Part shown: positions 9,997-19,082 of the stretch, in pieces | How the letters are laid out: each line of letters begins with the position of its first letter | Position numbering within the stretch: the stretch's first letter is position 1 | Origin: Nitrospinaceae bacterium | GTDB lineage: Bacteria > Nitrospinota > Nitrospinia > Nitrospinales > VA-1 | DNA: 64,000 nt | Reading direction: 5' to 3' | NCBI GenBank assembly: GCA_046754465.1 | Contig: JBHHVU010000014.1 | Location: 1-64,000, forward strand | Notes under the pieces: model-generated | Database searches by the model: none | Told to the model about the DNA's origin: nothing | Seen by the model: the letters and a program-made list of their open reading frames with translations, nothing else | Translations under genes and position numbers: made by a program

Positions 9997-11181
9997 TTAC
10001 CGATCCGGCGGGTAAGCGATATGGGACAAACCCAATCCGAACTGCCTGCTCACCCAAACTAATTGATTACCCCTATAATGTGCCTCGAAAAATTTCGAAC
10101 TCGCAACAAAATTCCCATTTTCATCTTTTAGCGAGGCAACGATTTTCTTTGTTTTGGCGTCAATGACGTCCCCGGTGTGAGTCCAGGCATATTTACCATC
10201 ACGGCTGAATGTGATCCAGCCGTGACCCTTTCGGGATATTTTTATGGTAGCCTTGGGTTCGGGGGGCATCACGGTATTGTCAAATACAATGAGCCGTTTG
10301 CCTTTTTGATCGCTTATCCAGATTTCTTTTTCGTCCGGGGTGAGTCCAATCCCATGGGTTCTCCTGGCAATGGGGGGGCTTCCCAGGGAAAGCGTATAAA
10401 TCTTTTTCCCATGGGTCAGGTCCAATATATCAAAGCCCAAATGGTCATGATGGCAGACATAGGCGCGTGTGTTGGCGCTGTTGACTGTAAAGGGAAACAC
10501 CCCATTATCGCCAATATCATCCGTGATATTATGAATGTCACTCCTCATAACGCGAATTTCGGAATAATCCGCTGTGCGAAACATGCCTAACCAGCTCCAC
10601 CCTCCGATATATAAATATTCCCCATTGGCGCTGACGATGCTGTTGTGGGCGGAACTCCCGATTTCGATTCGTTTGATAATGTCGCCATTTTCCGCATTGA
10701 CAATGAGCATTCCGCCATCATCGCCCCGATGCCACCAACCCGTCGGAATAAAAAGTGTTCTGCCGTCCAGCGTGACACTGGCGCGGTCGGCTCCCAATTC
10801 ATATTTTCGGGTCCAGACAATTTCTTCTTTTTCCAGGTCGAAACGTCCCACCGTTCCGTCGGTTTGTGTGAAATATGCCGCCTTGTTGGCAAGGCTGGCT
10901 TCAAATCCCCTCAATCCATTCTTCTTGAAGCCTTCCACTTTTTTATCGAACTGGGGTACATCAATTCGTCTTACAAACTGGTGGCCATTATCAATATCGA
11001 AGATAAGGATTCCTGACCCATAGTAGCCCTTTTGTGCGGCGTCAGGTGTACTGAGGTAGAGATACCTTTTTAATGGCTTGTCATGGCCCTGGCCGCGAAT
11101 GCCCGCAATGAAGGGAAAAAGGAATATTATTAATACCGAAATTATTGATTTTAACTTTAACAAGGTTGCTGAAAAATCCAA
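9997..11181 (-). CDS. Exported YncE-like beta-propeller protein
   Basis: N-terminal hydrophobic segment; repeated blade motifs (TLDGRTLF, SANGEYLY, TPDEKEIW, SRDGKYAW). Confidence 0.75.
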   Translation of the reverse strand: MDFSATLLKLKSIISVLIIFLFPFIAGIRGQGHDKPLKRYLYLSTPDAAQKGYYGSGILIFDIDNGHQFVRRIDVPQFDKKVEGFKKNGLRGFEASLANKAAYFTQTDGTVGRFDLEKEEIVWTRKYELGADRASVTLDGRTLFIPTGWWHRGDDGGMLIVNAENGDIIKRIEIGSSAHNSIVSANGEYLYIGGWSWLGMFRTADYSEIRVMRSDIHNITDDIGDNGVFPFTVNSANTRAYVCHHDHLGFDILDLTHGKKIYTLSLGSPPIARRTHGIGLTPDEKEIWISDQKGKRLIVFDNTVMPPEPKATIKISRKGHGWITFSRDGKYAWTHTGDVIDAKTKKIVASLKDENGNFVASSKFFEAHYRGNQLVWVSRQFGLGLSHIAYPPDR

Positions 11182-11325
11182 AATTTTTGACAGCAGTATT
11201 CTTATAAAATTTTTTAAATATTTTCAAGCAAAAAGAACTTTAATGAAACCTCATGGGCAAACAGACGTTCCAAACATCTAAATGCAAAAGTGTGAGGACC
11301 TAATTCCTCTTGATCTACCTACCGG

Positions 11326-12705
11326 TCATCTCAAGGAGGGGTTGTTTTTAACAAAAGTCCGGTATGCCAGCGTTCCGATGTAATAAAAGGTGATGAAAAA
11401 TGTGAGCGTAAAGGTAACCAGAGAGGAAAGAAAATAACCATAACCATAAAATGGAAATCCCATCTTCATGCTCACCCACGTGAAAATGGCATTGATGGAA
11501 AACATGAGCAAGATCAACCCAAGGCTGGTCCTGCGAAAATCAAAATAAAATAGGATGATAAAAAGAAATAACGAAAGCACATGGAAAAAGGCCCCCAACA
11601 CCCCGAGGCGAAACATTCCCAACAAAAGATAATTGATCTTCAACAAGTCAAAGAGCCGGGGCGCCAGGAATATGGCCAAAAAGGAAATGAGTCCCTGGAA
11701 TATAATCAAGTTTCGGGAGCTTTCAAATAGATTTCTAATAATGCCCGATTGGTTCTGTTCGATTTTTTTGAGGGGAGCATGCTGCTGTATGTCGTTATAA
11801 AAGTTAATATATTTTTCAAAAAAACTGGTTTCTATATTCACGAAAAATACCGCCATGGAGGGAACAATGGTGAGGTAGGCGATAAACATGGCGGTGTCGT
11901 AGTAGGGATAGGAAACAAAGCCATTGGGAAGGGCCTGGGCCTTGGGGGAGAACCACATGATCCACTTGTCCACCCAAATGGCCAGGTTATACCCCAGTCC
12001 GCATAAGGCAAGATCCCAAAATTTCCTGAAATAACCCATGAAGCCCCAGAAACTTCCGCTTTTATATTGAAGGCCGGACAAAATACGCGCGAAAAGGACG
12101 AACAAAATAATTCCCAAACCCAGGTTGAACCCCCAAATAATCCCGGCTTCCGAAAATTTCTGTCCCGAATAAAAAGAAGCGAGGACAGCCACGGCCATCC
12201 CCAGAGCAAAAGTTAAACTGATCGTCACATAATCTTTTAAGGTGCTGATAAAAACGCTCACCAGCCATATGCCGCTTATAAGCAAGTAATTTATAATCGC
12301 GGCAAACGCGATGTTTAATTCCAGGTCTACATAATAAAGGTAAAAGAAATAGGCGATGGGCAATTGGATGGTGTAGATCAGGATCAGCGATCCAAATAAA
12401 AAGTTGGGCAATTCCGAAATATCCCTTTGATAAATTTTGTCCGATAAATAACGGGTGATCACCATGGTGATGGGCCCCGAAATGACCAGGGAAAACGAAA
12501 AGTTGTAAATGATCACCAGACGGAATACCAACATTTGATCGGGTGAGGCAAACCTCTCTCCGAAAAGTGCAATTCCCCCCAGGGCGAGGATGGTGAAAAG
12601 CCAGGGTCCGGTGGTGATCAGGGCGGAAAACAGGTACCCCCCCAAAATCCCGGACAAATGATCCTTATTGATTAATTTCCGCAGCAGAAACCCAATACCG
12701 GCCAT
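11326..12705 (-). CDS. pelG: Pel exopolysaccharide inner-membrane protein PelG
   Basis: Starts MAGIGFLLRKL (ATG at 12705, 4 nt after the pelF stop); GPWL, TRYLSD, WVDK, ETSF and YGYG motifs; many TM helices. Confidence 0.92.
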   Translation of the reverse strand: MAGIGFLLRKLINKDHLSGILGGYLFSALITTGPWLFTILALGGIALFGERFASPDQMLVFRLVIIYNFSFSLVISGPITMVITRYLSDKIYQRDISELPNFLFGSLILIYTIQLPIAYFFYLYYVDLELNIAFAAIINYLLISGIWLVSVFISTLKDYVTISLTFALGMAVAVLASFYSGQKFSEAGIIWGFNLGLGIILFVLFARILSGLQYKSGSFWGFMGYFRKFWDLALCGLGYNLAIWVDKWIMWFSPKAQALPNGFVSYPYYDTAMFIAYLTIVPSMAVFFVNIETSFFEKYINFYNDIQQHAPLKKIEQNQSGIIRNLFESSRNLIIFQGLISFLAIFLAPRLFDLLKINYLLLGMFRLGVLGAFFHVLSLFLFIILFYFDFRRTSLGLILLMFSINAIFTWVSMKMGFPFYGYGYFLSSLVTFTLTFFITFYYIGTLAYRTFVKNNPSLR

Positions 12706-12709
12706 GAAT

Positions 12710-14224
12710 TTAAGTCCCAACGGCTTTAAGATTTCGATTTTCGAGTAAATAACCCTGGTAAAGCGCCTTGTAGGTTTTGATGAGATTTTCCTTGTTGTAA
12801 TACAGGCGGACCCGTTCCCTGCAGGTTTGGCTGCATTGGTGATACCAAGTCCGATCGGTGAGCAGTTTGAAAACAGCATTCGCGGTCGACACCGGATTGG
12901 AAAGGGAGGTGATATCCCCTCCGGGACCTAATGCGGGGTTTTCGAGTTCATTGCCAAAAATCAATTCCGAACAGGAGCCCACATCCGTCGCCACGGAAGG
13001 TATCCCTACCGCTCCCACCTCCAGAAGCACCAAGGGTTGAGCTTCACTGATACTGGTCAGAACATTGACGTCAATTTTTTCAAGAAAGGGTTCCAGCTTG
13101 ACCTTTCCAGTGAAGGTGAGGGTATTTTTCAAATTCAAATGATGGGTCAGTTCCTGGCATTCCTGGAAGTACGATTCGTCTTCATCGGTAGGACCGATAA
13201 TATAAGCGAGAAGATCGGGAAACCGCTCTTTCAGGATGGCGCAGGCCCGAATATAGGTTTTGATATCCTTAATGGGAACCACCCGCCCAATCAGGGCAAT
13301 GGTGGGCCGATCGGATTTTTTCCGTTTGATTTGTGATAGTTCGTCGAAGTTGACCCCATTGGGAATCACGGTGAGCTTCTCTGGGTTGGCATCGTCGTCT
13401 TTTTGAAAGTTTTGATTTCCGGGAAAAAGGGTGATAATTTTATCGCACGCCTCGTAACAAATCCGCGAATAATTAATAAACAAATTGATCCATAAATCCT
13501 TCAGATCCTTTTTAAGCTTTTTGATGCTGAGCCTGGCAAAAGGCTGCTCATACAACCATTGGGCCATGGAAATTTCGACCCGCCGCTCATTGGTATATAT
13601 CCCATGTTCAGTGAGCAAGGCGGGCTTTTGCGTTTCTAGCTTGGCCCGCGCCAGCAGAAGCCCCGCAAACCCCGTGGAAGTGGCATGGTATATCCCAGCG
13701 GGAGGTATCGGGGTGAAAAGGAGGGAAAAGAACCCGCTCATGATAATTCTCCAGCTCCAAAAATAATCCAGGAACGAGTTTCCGGAATATTCCGACTCAT
13801 ACATTTGAAGCAGGATTTTCCAGGCTTCGCGGGAATCGAGCAAAATTTTAAATCCCAATTGTTTTTTATAAGGGGCAAAAGCATCAATCAGGTGGGCCAG
13901 GTCGGACAAATTCCCCCGCGAATGCACCCTGGATAAAGGTTCTGTCAAATCTTCAAAAAATTTTTTCGTATGACGGATGCGGCTTCGCCCGGGAGGCAAA
14001 TCCTGAAGAACAAGATTGGACACCCCCACCACATTTTCCGGCAACTCATACCGCGAAACAAGGTCCGCGCCGGAGGGCACAATGGCCACCAAATGAAATT
14101 TGAAATCCTTGAGAGCTAAAATAAGGTCATGGGCCCATTGCGAAACCCCACCTGTGATATAAGGATAGGTTCCCTCCAGTATCAAACAGATATCTGCCGG
14201 GGCAGTTCTCCGGTTCATCTCCAT
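12710..14224 (-). CDS. pelF: GT4 glycosyltransferase PelF
   Basis: LEGTYPYITGGVSQW, STGFAG, LTEHGIYTNER, GRVVPIKD and SEAQPLVLLE motifs. Confidence 0.95.
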   Translation of the reverse strand: MEMNRRTAPADICLILEGTYPYITGGVSQWAHDLILALKDFKFHLVAIVPSGADLVSRYELPENVVGVSNLVLQDLPPGRSRIRHTKKFFEDLTEPLSRVHSRGNLSDLAHLIDAFAPYKKQLGFKILLDSREAWKILLQMYESEYSGNSFLDYFWSWRIIMSGFFSLLFTPIPPAGIYHATSTGFAGLLLARAKLETQKPALLTEHGIYTNERRVEISMAQWLYEQPFARLSIKKLKKDLKDLWINLFINYSRICYEACDKIITLFPGNQNFQKDDDANPEKLTVIPNGVNFDELSQIKRKKSDRPTIALIGRVVPIKDIKTYIRACAILKERFPDLLAYIIGPTDEDESYFQECQELTHHLNLKNTLTFTGKVKLEPFLEKIDVNVLTSISEAQPLVLLEVGAVGIPSVATDVGSCSELIFGNELENPALGPGGDITSLSNPVSTANAVFKLLTDRTWYHQCSQTCRERVRLYYNKENLIKTYKALYQGYLLENRNLKAVGT

Positions 14225-14225
14225 T

Positions 14226-15278
14226 TCACCTGGCCCGGGAATGGGAGGCGGGCTCGGGACGCCCCCAAGTCATCAAGACCCGATGAATCTCATCGGGAAT
14301 ACTTTCATTCATTGCACTCAGTTCATCAAAATGCCGGGCAGCTTTCCGACGCAATTTTTCATATTGTCCCTGCCGGTACAGACATTCCAGCTCCCAGGTC
14401 AGCAGGTTGACGGATTGACCGCCATGGTGCATGGCCTCTTCAAATCTTTTGGCCGATTCCTCATACCGTCCCGTCCTCAGAAGGGCTCTTCCCAGTTTCG
14501 TGCCGATCTCATGGTCGTGGGGACAATTACTTAAATATTTCTCATAAGCGTGGATGGACCGTTCCTGAAAATTTCGTCGTTGGGTTTCATCGAGTATCCC
14601 GCTATAGGCGTACTCGTCCAAATGCAAGCCAAGGGATTTGAAGACATCCGGTGGAATTTTTTCGGGATCCTCCATGCCGCCTCCAATTTCCATGCCGCGT
14701 TCGGTGAAGCTATTTTCAATCTGGGTCATGCCCATGGCCGCCAAAACCTTAATGGAATTGTCTTTGTCGTTTAAAGCCTCCTTTAAAACAGAAGCGAATT
14801 TGGCATGAAAATTATTGATGAGCAAAACAATCATGGCTTGTTTTTGACGTTGGTTTCCGTACCGCAGAATATCAATAAAGGGAACAACGGAATTTTGTTC
14901 AAAACGTTCTGTGTGCCCACAAGCCATTTGGTCAAACATTTTCTCAACTTCATTTTTTTTCAATACGGGGAAAAGCGTCTTGAAATATTCCTGGACCGGA
15001 ATGGGGGAAATATTGAATAAAAAATAAAATACGCTTGTCAGAAAAAAGCCCGCGGTCCCCACGGGACCCAAAAAGGCGGTGAAAATAGCCAGGAGAAAAT
15101 GAAGGATCGCTTTTTTGTTTTGATGGGCCCGGGAAAAGGCCCAAAGCAACAACATACCGCTCATGGCCAGGTGGAGTACTAGGGCCGCAGCAGGATCCAG
15201 GGTTCGATCCAAAAATAATTTAAGAATCCACCCCTCCGCCAGAAGCACCGATAACCCACTCAACATTAATAGAATCAC
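14226..15278 (-). CDS. pelE: PelE-like membrane protein with cytoplasmic TPR/HEAT repeats
   Basis: N-terminal TM helices, ALNDKDNSIKVLA, helical repeats; lies between pelD and pelF; GGGAGG precedes the GTG start. Confidence 0.75.
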   Translation of the reverse strand: MILLMLSGLSVLLAEGWILKLFLDRTLDPAAALVLHLAMSGMLLLWAFSRAHQNKKAILHFLLAIFTAFLGPVGTAGFFLTSVFYFLFNISPIPVQEYFKTLFPVLKKNEVEKMFDQMACGHTERFEQNSVVPFIDILRYGNQRQKQAMIVLLINNFHAKFASVLKEALNDKDNSIKVLAAMGMTQIENSFTERGMEIGGGMEDPEKIPPDVFKSLGLHLDEYAYSGILDETQRRNFQERSIHAYEKYLSNCPHDHEIGTKLGRALLRTGRYEESAKRFEEAMHHGGQSVNLLTWELECLYRQGQYEKLRRKAARHFDELSAMNESIPDEIHRVLMTWGRPEPASHSRAR

Positions 15279-15310
15279 TTCAAAACCCCTCCCGCCCGTT
15301 CCTTAAAGGA

Positions 15311-16678
15311 TCAATTGGAATAAATCTCCTTATCCATTTTCAAATCCAGTTCCCTCTGTTTTTCCTCCAGGGAATGAACGGTGATGGAAAGCACGCCCAC
15401 TCCGGGATCGTTCCCCACCTTTTCTTTTAAAGCCTTCATGAGCTTCTTCGAAACGAATTGGGCTTTTTCAAAGGAGGTGTTGGGAAGCAAAACCGTAAAT
15501 TCCTTGTTGCCATTTTTCCCCTGGAATATCAGGTCCGTTTTTCTAAATGTGGCCTTAAAAATATCATTCAACTTTTTATTGATGGGGTATCGCTGATCCT
15601 GCACCGCGAGACTGTCACCCACTAACCGAATGGTCAAGGTTTGAACTTCCAGAGGAATCCTGCCCGAAAGATATAAAAGGAATTGCGAAAGGTGCCCAAA
15701 ATAATTCATGGAATACGAGTGGCCTTGGGGATCTTTGATCTTTTGGGAATGAACGGATTGAAATTGCCGGGACAATTCCAGCAGGTTGCCCAACCAGTCA
15801 CAAAGAACTCTAAAGGTCTCGATTTTACTCAAATTGAGATTGAGAAAACCCATTCCTTCGATTTTCACCATTCCATAAACCTTTCCCGTTCCTTTATCGA
15901 TCAAAGGCCCCGCAAGGATGCCTTCCCCGCAAAGATTTTTTTCATCCTCAGGGTTGGCAATACATAGCACCTTGTGAGAACCAATCACTCCCTTGAATAA
16001 AGGGTCCTCGGCACGAAAGGTTCTGGAATAGCATTCCTCAATGGCCCACCCTTTTTGGGAAGTTAATTTTAAAACCGGGTCCCTTGGGTTTTTTAACAGA
16101 AAAAGAGAACATTTCTCCGTATTCATAACGTTATCGATCAAATCCAGGATATGGTTCAGGATCTCATCCGGTTCCCAAATTTTCATATTCAGGGCGGTCT
16201 TGTATAAGGATAAGGCGGAGGTAGCCTGACTGGACAAATTGGTTTCTAACTGATTTCTTTCTTTGTCAAGGCGCTTATAAGCTTTACAAATTTCCCCCGC
16301 CTGAGTCTGAGCTTCGATCAATCGTTCTTGCAGGGTTTCCAGATTTTTGGAGTATCGGTCCCGGAATCCCCCGAAGAAAACGGCCAGGGTAATCCAAAGA
16401 ACGGGACGGTGACTGACATAGAAAATATAATCAAAAATATCCTGGGAAACTTTTTGTTCGGGAAGGTTTCCGGTCAGGAGAATTATTGCCGCCAAAAATG
16501 CCGTAATTAATCCTTCGTTGGTACCGTATTGAACACTGATCAGCAGAACAATAAATAGAAAAGGATGGGCATTGAGGTTCCAAAAGCGGTCACCCATAAA
16601 AAAGAAATGGTCCACCCCAAGAACCAAGGAAAAAAGAACAAGTATTTCCATCAAAAAGAGGAGCCGGATCTTAAACAT
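15311..16678 (-). CDS. pelD: PelD-like c-di-GMP receptor (TM + coiled coil + GAF + degenerate GGDEF)
   Basis: Four N-terminal TM segments, QYG, coiled coil and GAF-like region. RxxD I-site (RKTD, about 15533-15544) with no intact GGDEF. Alternative TTG start at 16696. Confidence 0.8.
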   Translation of the reverse strand: MFKIRLLFLMEILVLFSLVLGVDHFFFMGDRFWNLNAHPFLFIVLLISVQYGTNEGLITAFLAAIILLTGNLPEQKVSQDIFDYIFYVSHRPVLWITLAVFFGGFRDRYSKNLETLQERLIEAQTQAGEICKAYKRLDKERNQLETNLSSQATSALSLYKTALNMKIWEPDEILNHILDLIDNVMNTEKCSLFLLKNPRDPVLKLTSQKGWAIEECYSRTFRAEDPLFKGVIGSHKVLCIANPEDEKNLCGEGILAGPLIDKGTGKVYGMVKIEGMGFLNLNLSKIETFRVLCDWLGNLLELSRQFQSVHSQKIKDPQGHSYSMNYFGHLSQFLLYLSGRIPLEVQTLTIRLVGDSLAVQDQRYPINKKLNDIFKATFRKTDLIFQGKNGNKEFTVLLPNTSFEKAQFVSKKLMKALKEKVGNDPGVGVLSITVHSLEEKQRELDLKMDKEIYSN

Positions 16679-16735
16679 AGGAAGATACTTCCCCAAATAA
16701 AAAGCTAATTAATAGAATTCGATGATCTACAGATT

Positions 16736-16765
16736 ACAATATCTAATTTGAAACAGCCCTGTCAA
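16736..16765 (-). promoter_or_regulatory. Putative sigma70 promoter for pelDEFG
   Basis: Minus strand TTGACA-N18-TATTGT about 60 nt upstream of pelD, within a ~440-bp AT-rich gap. Confidence 0.4.
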
Positions 16766-17132
16766 AGAAAAAGAAATCTATCCATCCTCACTTGATATTC
16801 GGCTCGTCGAAATTTATTTTAATCCCATATTTTCAATAAGTTATTTCAAAGCCAAGGATTATTTTTACATTTTCTTTCTACAAACTAATTCCAGCCCGGA
16901 ATTTAGCGCCTTCTCCAAACAGGATCGTTCGGTCCCACAGCATATTCTTTATTTATCCAATCAGGAAGGAAATGGAACAAAACTGGGGAATCGTTTTGTT
17001 CGAGGTGGATTTCGGACAAATATTTTGAGGAAACTTTTTACAGGAAGGAGAAAAAAAAATTAAACGCGCACTCAACATTCCGGAGAAATTCTTCCCGGCT
17101 AAACCATTTATCTGAATCTTAAATCAAAGTTT

Positions 17133-18821
17133 CTACAGTTTCCAAAGCAAAAATGCGCCCCATTGGGTAAATGTGTTGTCGGTCCCACGCTGGGTTTCCT
17201 GATTGAATTCGATGTTAAGGCCGGCTTCAAAATTGGAGAAGGTATCATAGACCAAATCAAAGAAAACGAAGGGTCCATTGCTATTGACGCGATCGTCATA
17301 ATTATAACCCGTGGACAAATCAAAACGATAATTATCCAATAGGGTTTGGGACAAGGAAATATCCCACGCCTGGTTTTGGAGGTTTTGAATCGGTATGGGA
17401 TTAAAACTGCTTCCCGCCACATCGATTCGAGTATCCTTGAGGTTCACATATTCCGTGTTGAGGTTATACCCAATGGAAAGGCCTGGAAAGAATCTTGCCA
17501 GGTGATAACGTAGTTCCACGAGCACCTCGATGGAATCGGCGACGGTATCATTGTCTTCGACGCCATAACGGTTGAGATTAATCCCCAGGGAACCGGTAAA
17601 ATTACTTTGCCCTTTAAATCGGCCGACCAGGGGGCTGTGTCCCTCGTAAATCCATTTGACTTGAAAACGGTTGGCGGTTCCTTCATTGGTGATCCCCTCC
17701 AGGTAATCCCAATAAGGTTCATTATAGACTCCCCTCAAAAAGAGCTCTCCCACGGGCAAGGGCCGGACATGCTTCAAAGCCACCCCAGGTTCATCCTGCT
17801 GCCCGAGAAGGGTAAACCGCGTATGCCCAAATCCATGAGCCCTTTCCAAAAACACCCCCCATTGCTGGCGGTTTCCTTCAAACGTCTGGAAGGTTCCATT
17901 CAATCGGGGCCGCGCCAGGTTATCGTCCAAAACCCGATATTCATAATTCAATCCAAGGGTGTAATGCTGATACAAATTTTGACGGACCGTGGCCTGGGAA
18001 ACCCACTGAATTTCTTCATTAGTTGTATCTCGGTAATATTGATTGAACCGGACCTGTGGGCCAAATTGCTCTTCCAAATAACTCTTGGAAGCCAGGATGT
18101 CCCTGTCCCGGGGTTGGAATCGCAAGGCCTCATTATAAAGACGAAGGCTTTCCTGCCAGCGTCCCAATCTATCTTCGACTTCAGCCAGGTCCACCATCAA
18201 CTGGGGATCCTCCGGGAATTTTTTCAATAGACCGGAAAGCTCGGAATGGGCCTCGAACTTTTTCTTTTTCAGGATAAGAACCGATTGCAGGTGACGCAGA
18301 TCCTGCTCCGCGGCCCTTTCTTCATCTTGGTCTGATTGGGCTCTTTTTATTTCCGGCTTCCTGATCTGCGCTATCACCTTTCCATTTTGAATATAAATTT
18401 GAAAAAGAGAAGTTTCTGGAGTTTTTACCAGAATGGAATCGAAACCCATCTCTATTGCTTCGATCCATTGCGGCGCGGCGTCCTGAAGGTTCTGCAATGT
18501 TGGAATATCGATAGAATGTTCAAACCGTAAAATTAATTTCTTTCCAGCAAGGGAGGTTTTCTCACTGGAATTTCCTTCCGGAAAAACGGCATCCAGGTCA
18601 GCGGCGCCAACAGGAATGGCAATCAGTTTCTCATTATCCACCGTGGCAGTGAACCCGGCTGAATTCGGAAATTGAAATAAAATCCGTAACTGATCTGGCT
18701 CGATCGAATGAGTGACGGCCACGTTATCCGCCAGGAGGGTCGAGGAGGAAAACAAAAAAATAAGTATAGTCAGGAGGAACTCAAAATTCCGGCCCGCATA
18801 GAGGTGGGTTTTTCTCATCAT
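17133..18821 (-). CDS. Exported TPR + C-terminal beta-barrel protein (candidate PelB-like porin)
   Basis: Signal peptide (FSSSTLLA), N-terminal domain, short TPR stretch (PEDPQLMVDLAEVE..GRWQESLRLY), then alternating beta-strand pattern to the C-terminus. Confidence 0.7.
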   Translation of the reverse strand: MMRKTHLYAGRNFEFLLTILIFLFSSSTLLADNVAVTHSIEPDQLRILFQFPNSAGFTATVDNEKLIAIPVGAADLDAVFPEGNSSEKTSLAGKKLILRFEHSIDIPTLQNLQDAAPQWIEAIEMGFDSILVKTPETSLFQIYIQNGKVIAQIRKPEIKRAQSDQDEERAAEQDLRHLQSVLILKKKKFEAHSELSGLLKKFPEDPQLMVDLAEVEDRLGRWQESLRLYNEALRFQPRDRDILASKSYLEEQFGPQVRFNQYYRDTTNEEIQWVSQATVRQNLYQHYTLGLNYEYRVLDDNLARPRLNGTFQTFEGNRQQWGVFLERAHGFGHTRFTLLGQQDEPGVALKHVRPLPVGELFLRGVYNEPYWDYLEGITNEGTANRFQVKWIYEGHSPLVGRFKGQSNFTGSLGINLNRYGVEDNDTVADSIEVLVELRYHLARFFPGLSIGYNLNTEYVNLKDTRIDVAGSSFNPIPIQNLQNQAWDISLSQTLLDNYRFDLSTGYNYDDRVNSNGPFVFFDLVYDTFSNFEAGLNIEFNQETQRGTDNTFTQWGAFLLWKL

Positions 18822-18940
18822 ATTTTAGAACAGTAGGAAGGGGAATAATGGGAAGAAGAATCTCGGTTTATTCTTTACCCTAAAAGGATAATTTCAACCC
18901 TGATTCACAAGCTGGGAATTCTCAAGAAAACAGCGAGCTG

Positions 18941-18949
18941 ATTATATCA
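18941..18949 (-). promoter_or_regulatory. Putative extended -10 promoter
   Basis: Minus strand TGATATAAT 120 nt upstream of the 18821 start, with an AT-rich region upstream. Confidence 0.35.
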
Positions 18950-19082
18950 TCAGTTTCCTAAACTTTATTAAATTTTAATAAAATATATTAAAATACTGGT
19001 GTGAAAAATAAGGGGGAAACGGAGGCAAATTATTTGTCCATAAGCCAAATTTTTCGATCAAAAATCCCACTCCATCAAAATG

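Noticed and set aside
11254..11320. GGCAAA-stem-GCAAAA-CCTAA pattern resembling a c-di-GMP-I riboswitch
   Set aside because: No GNRA tetraloop or 3' conserved segment, and it lies on the strand opposite to both flanking genes.
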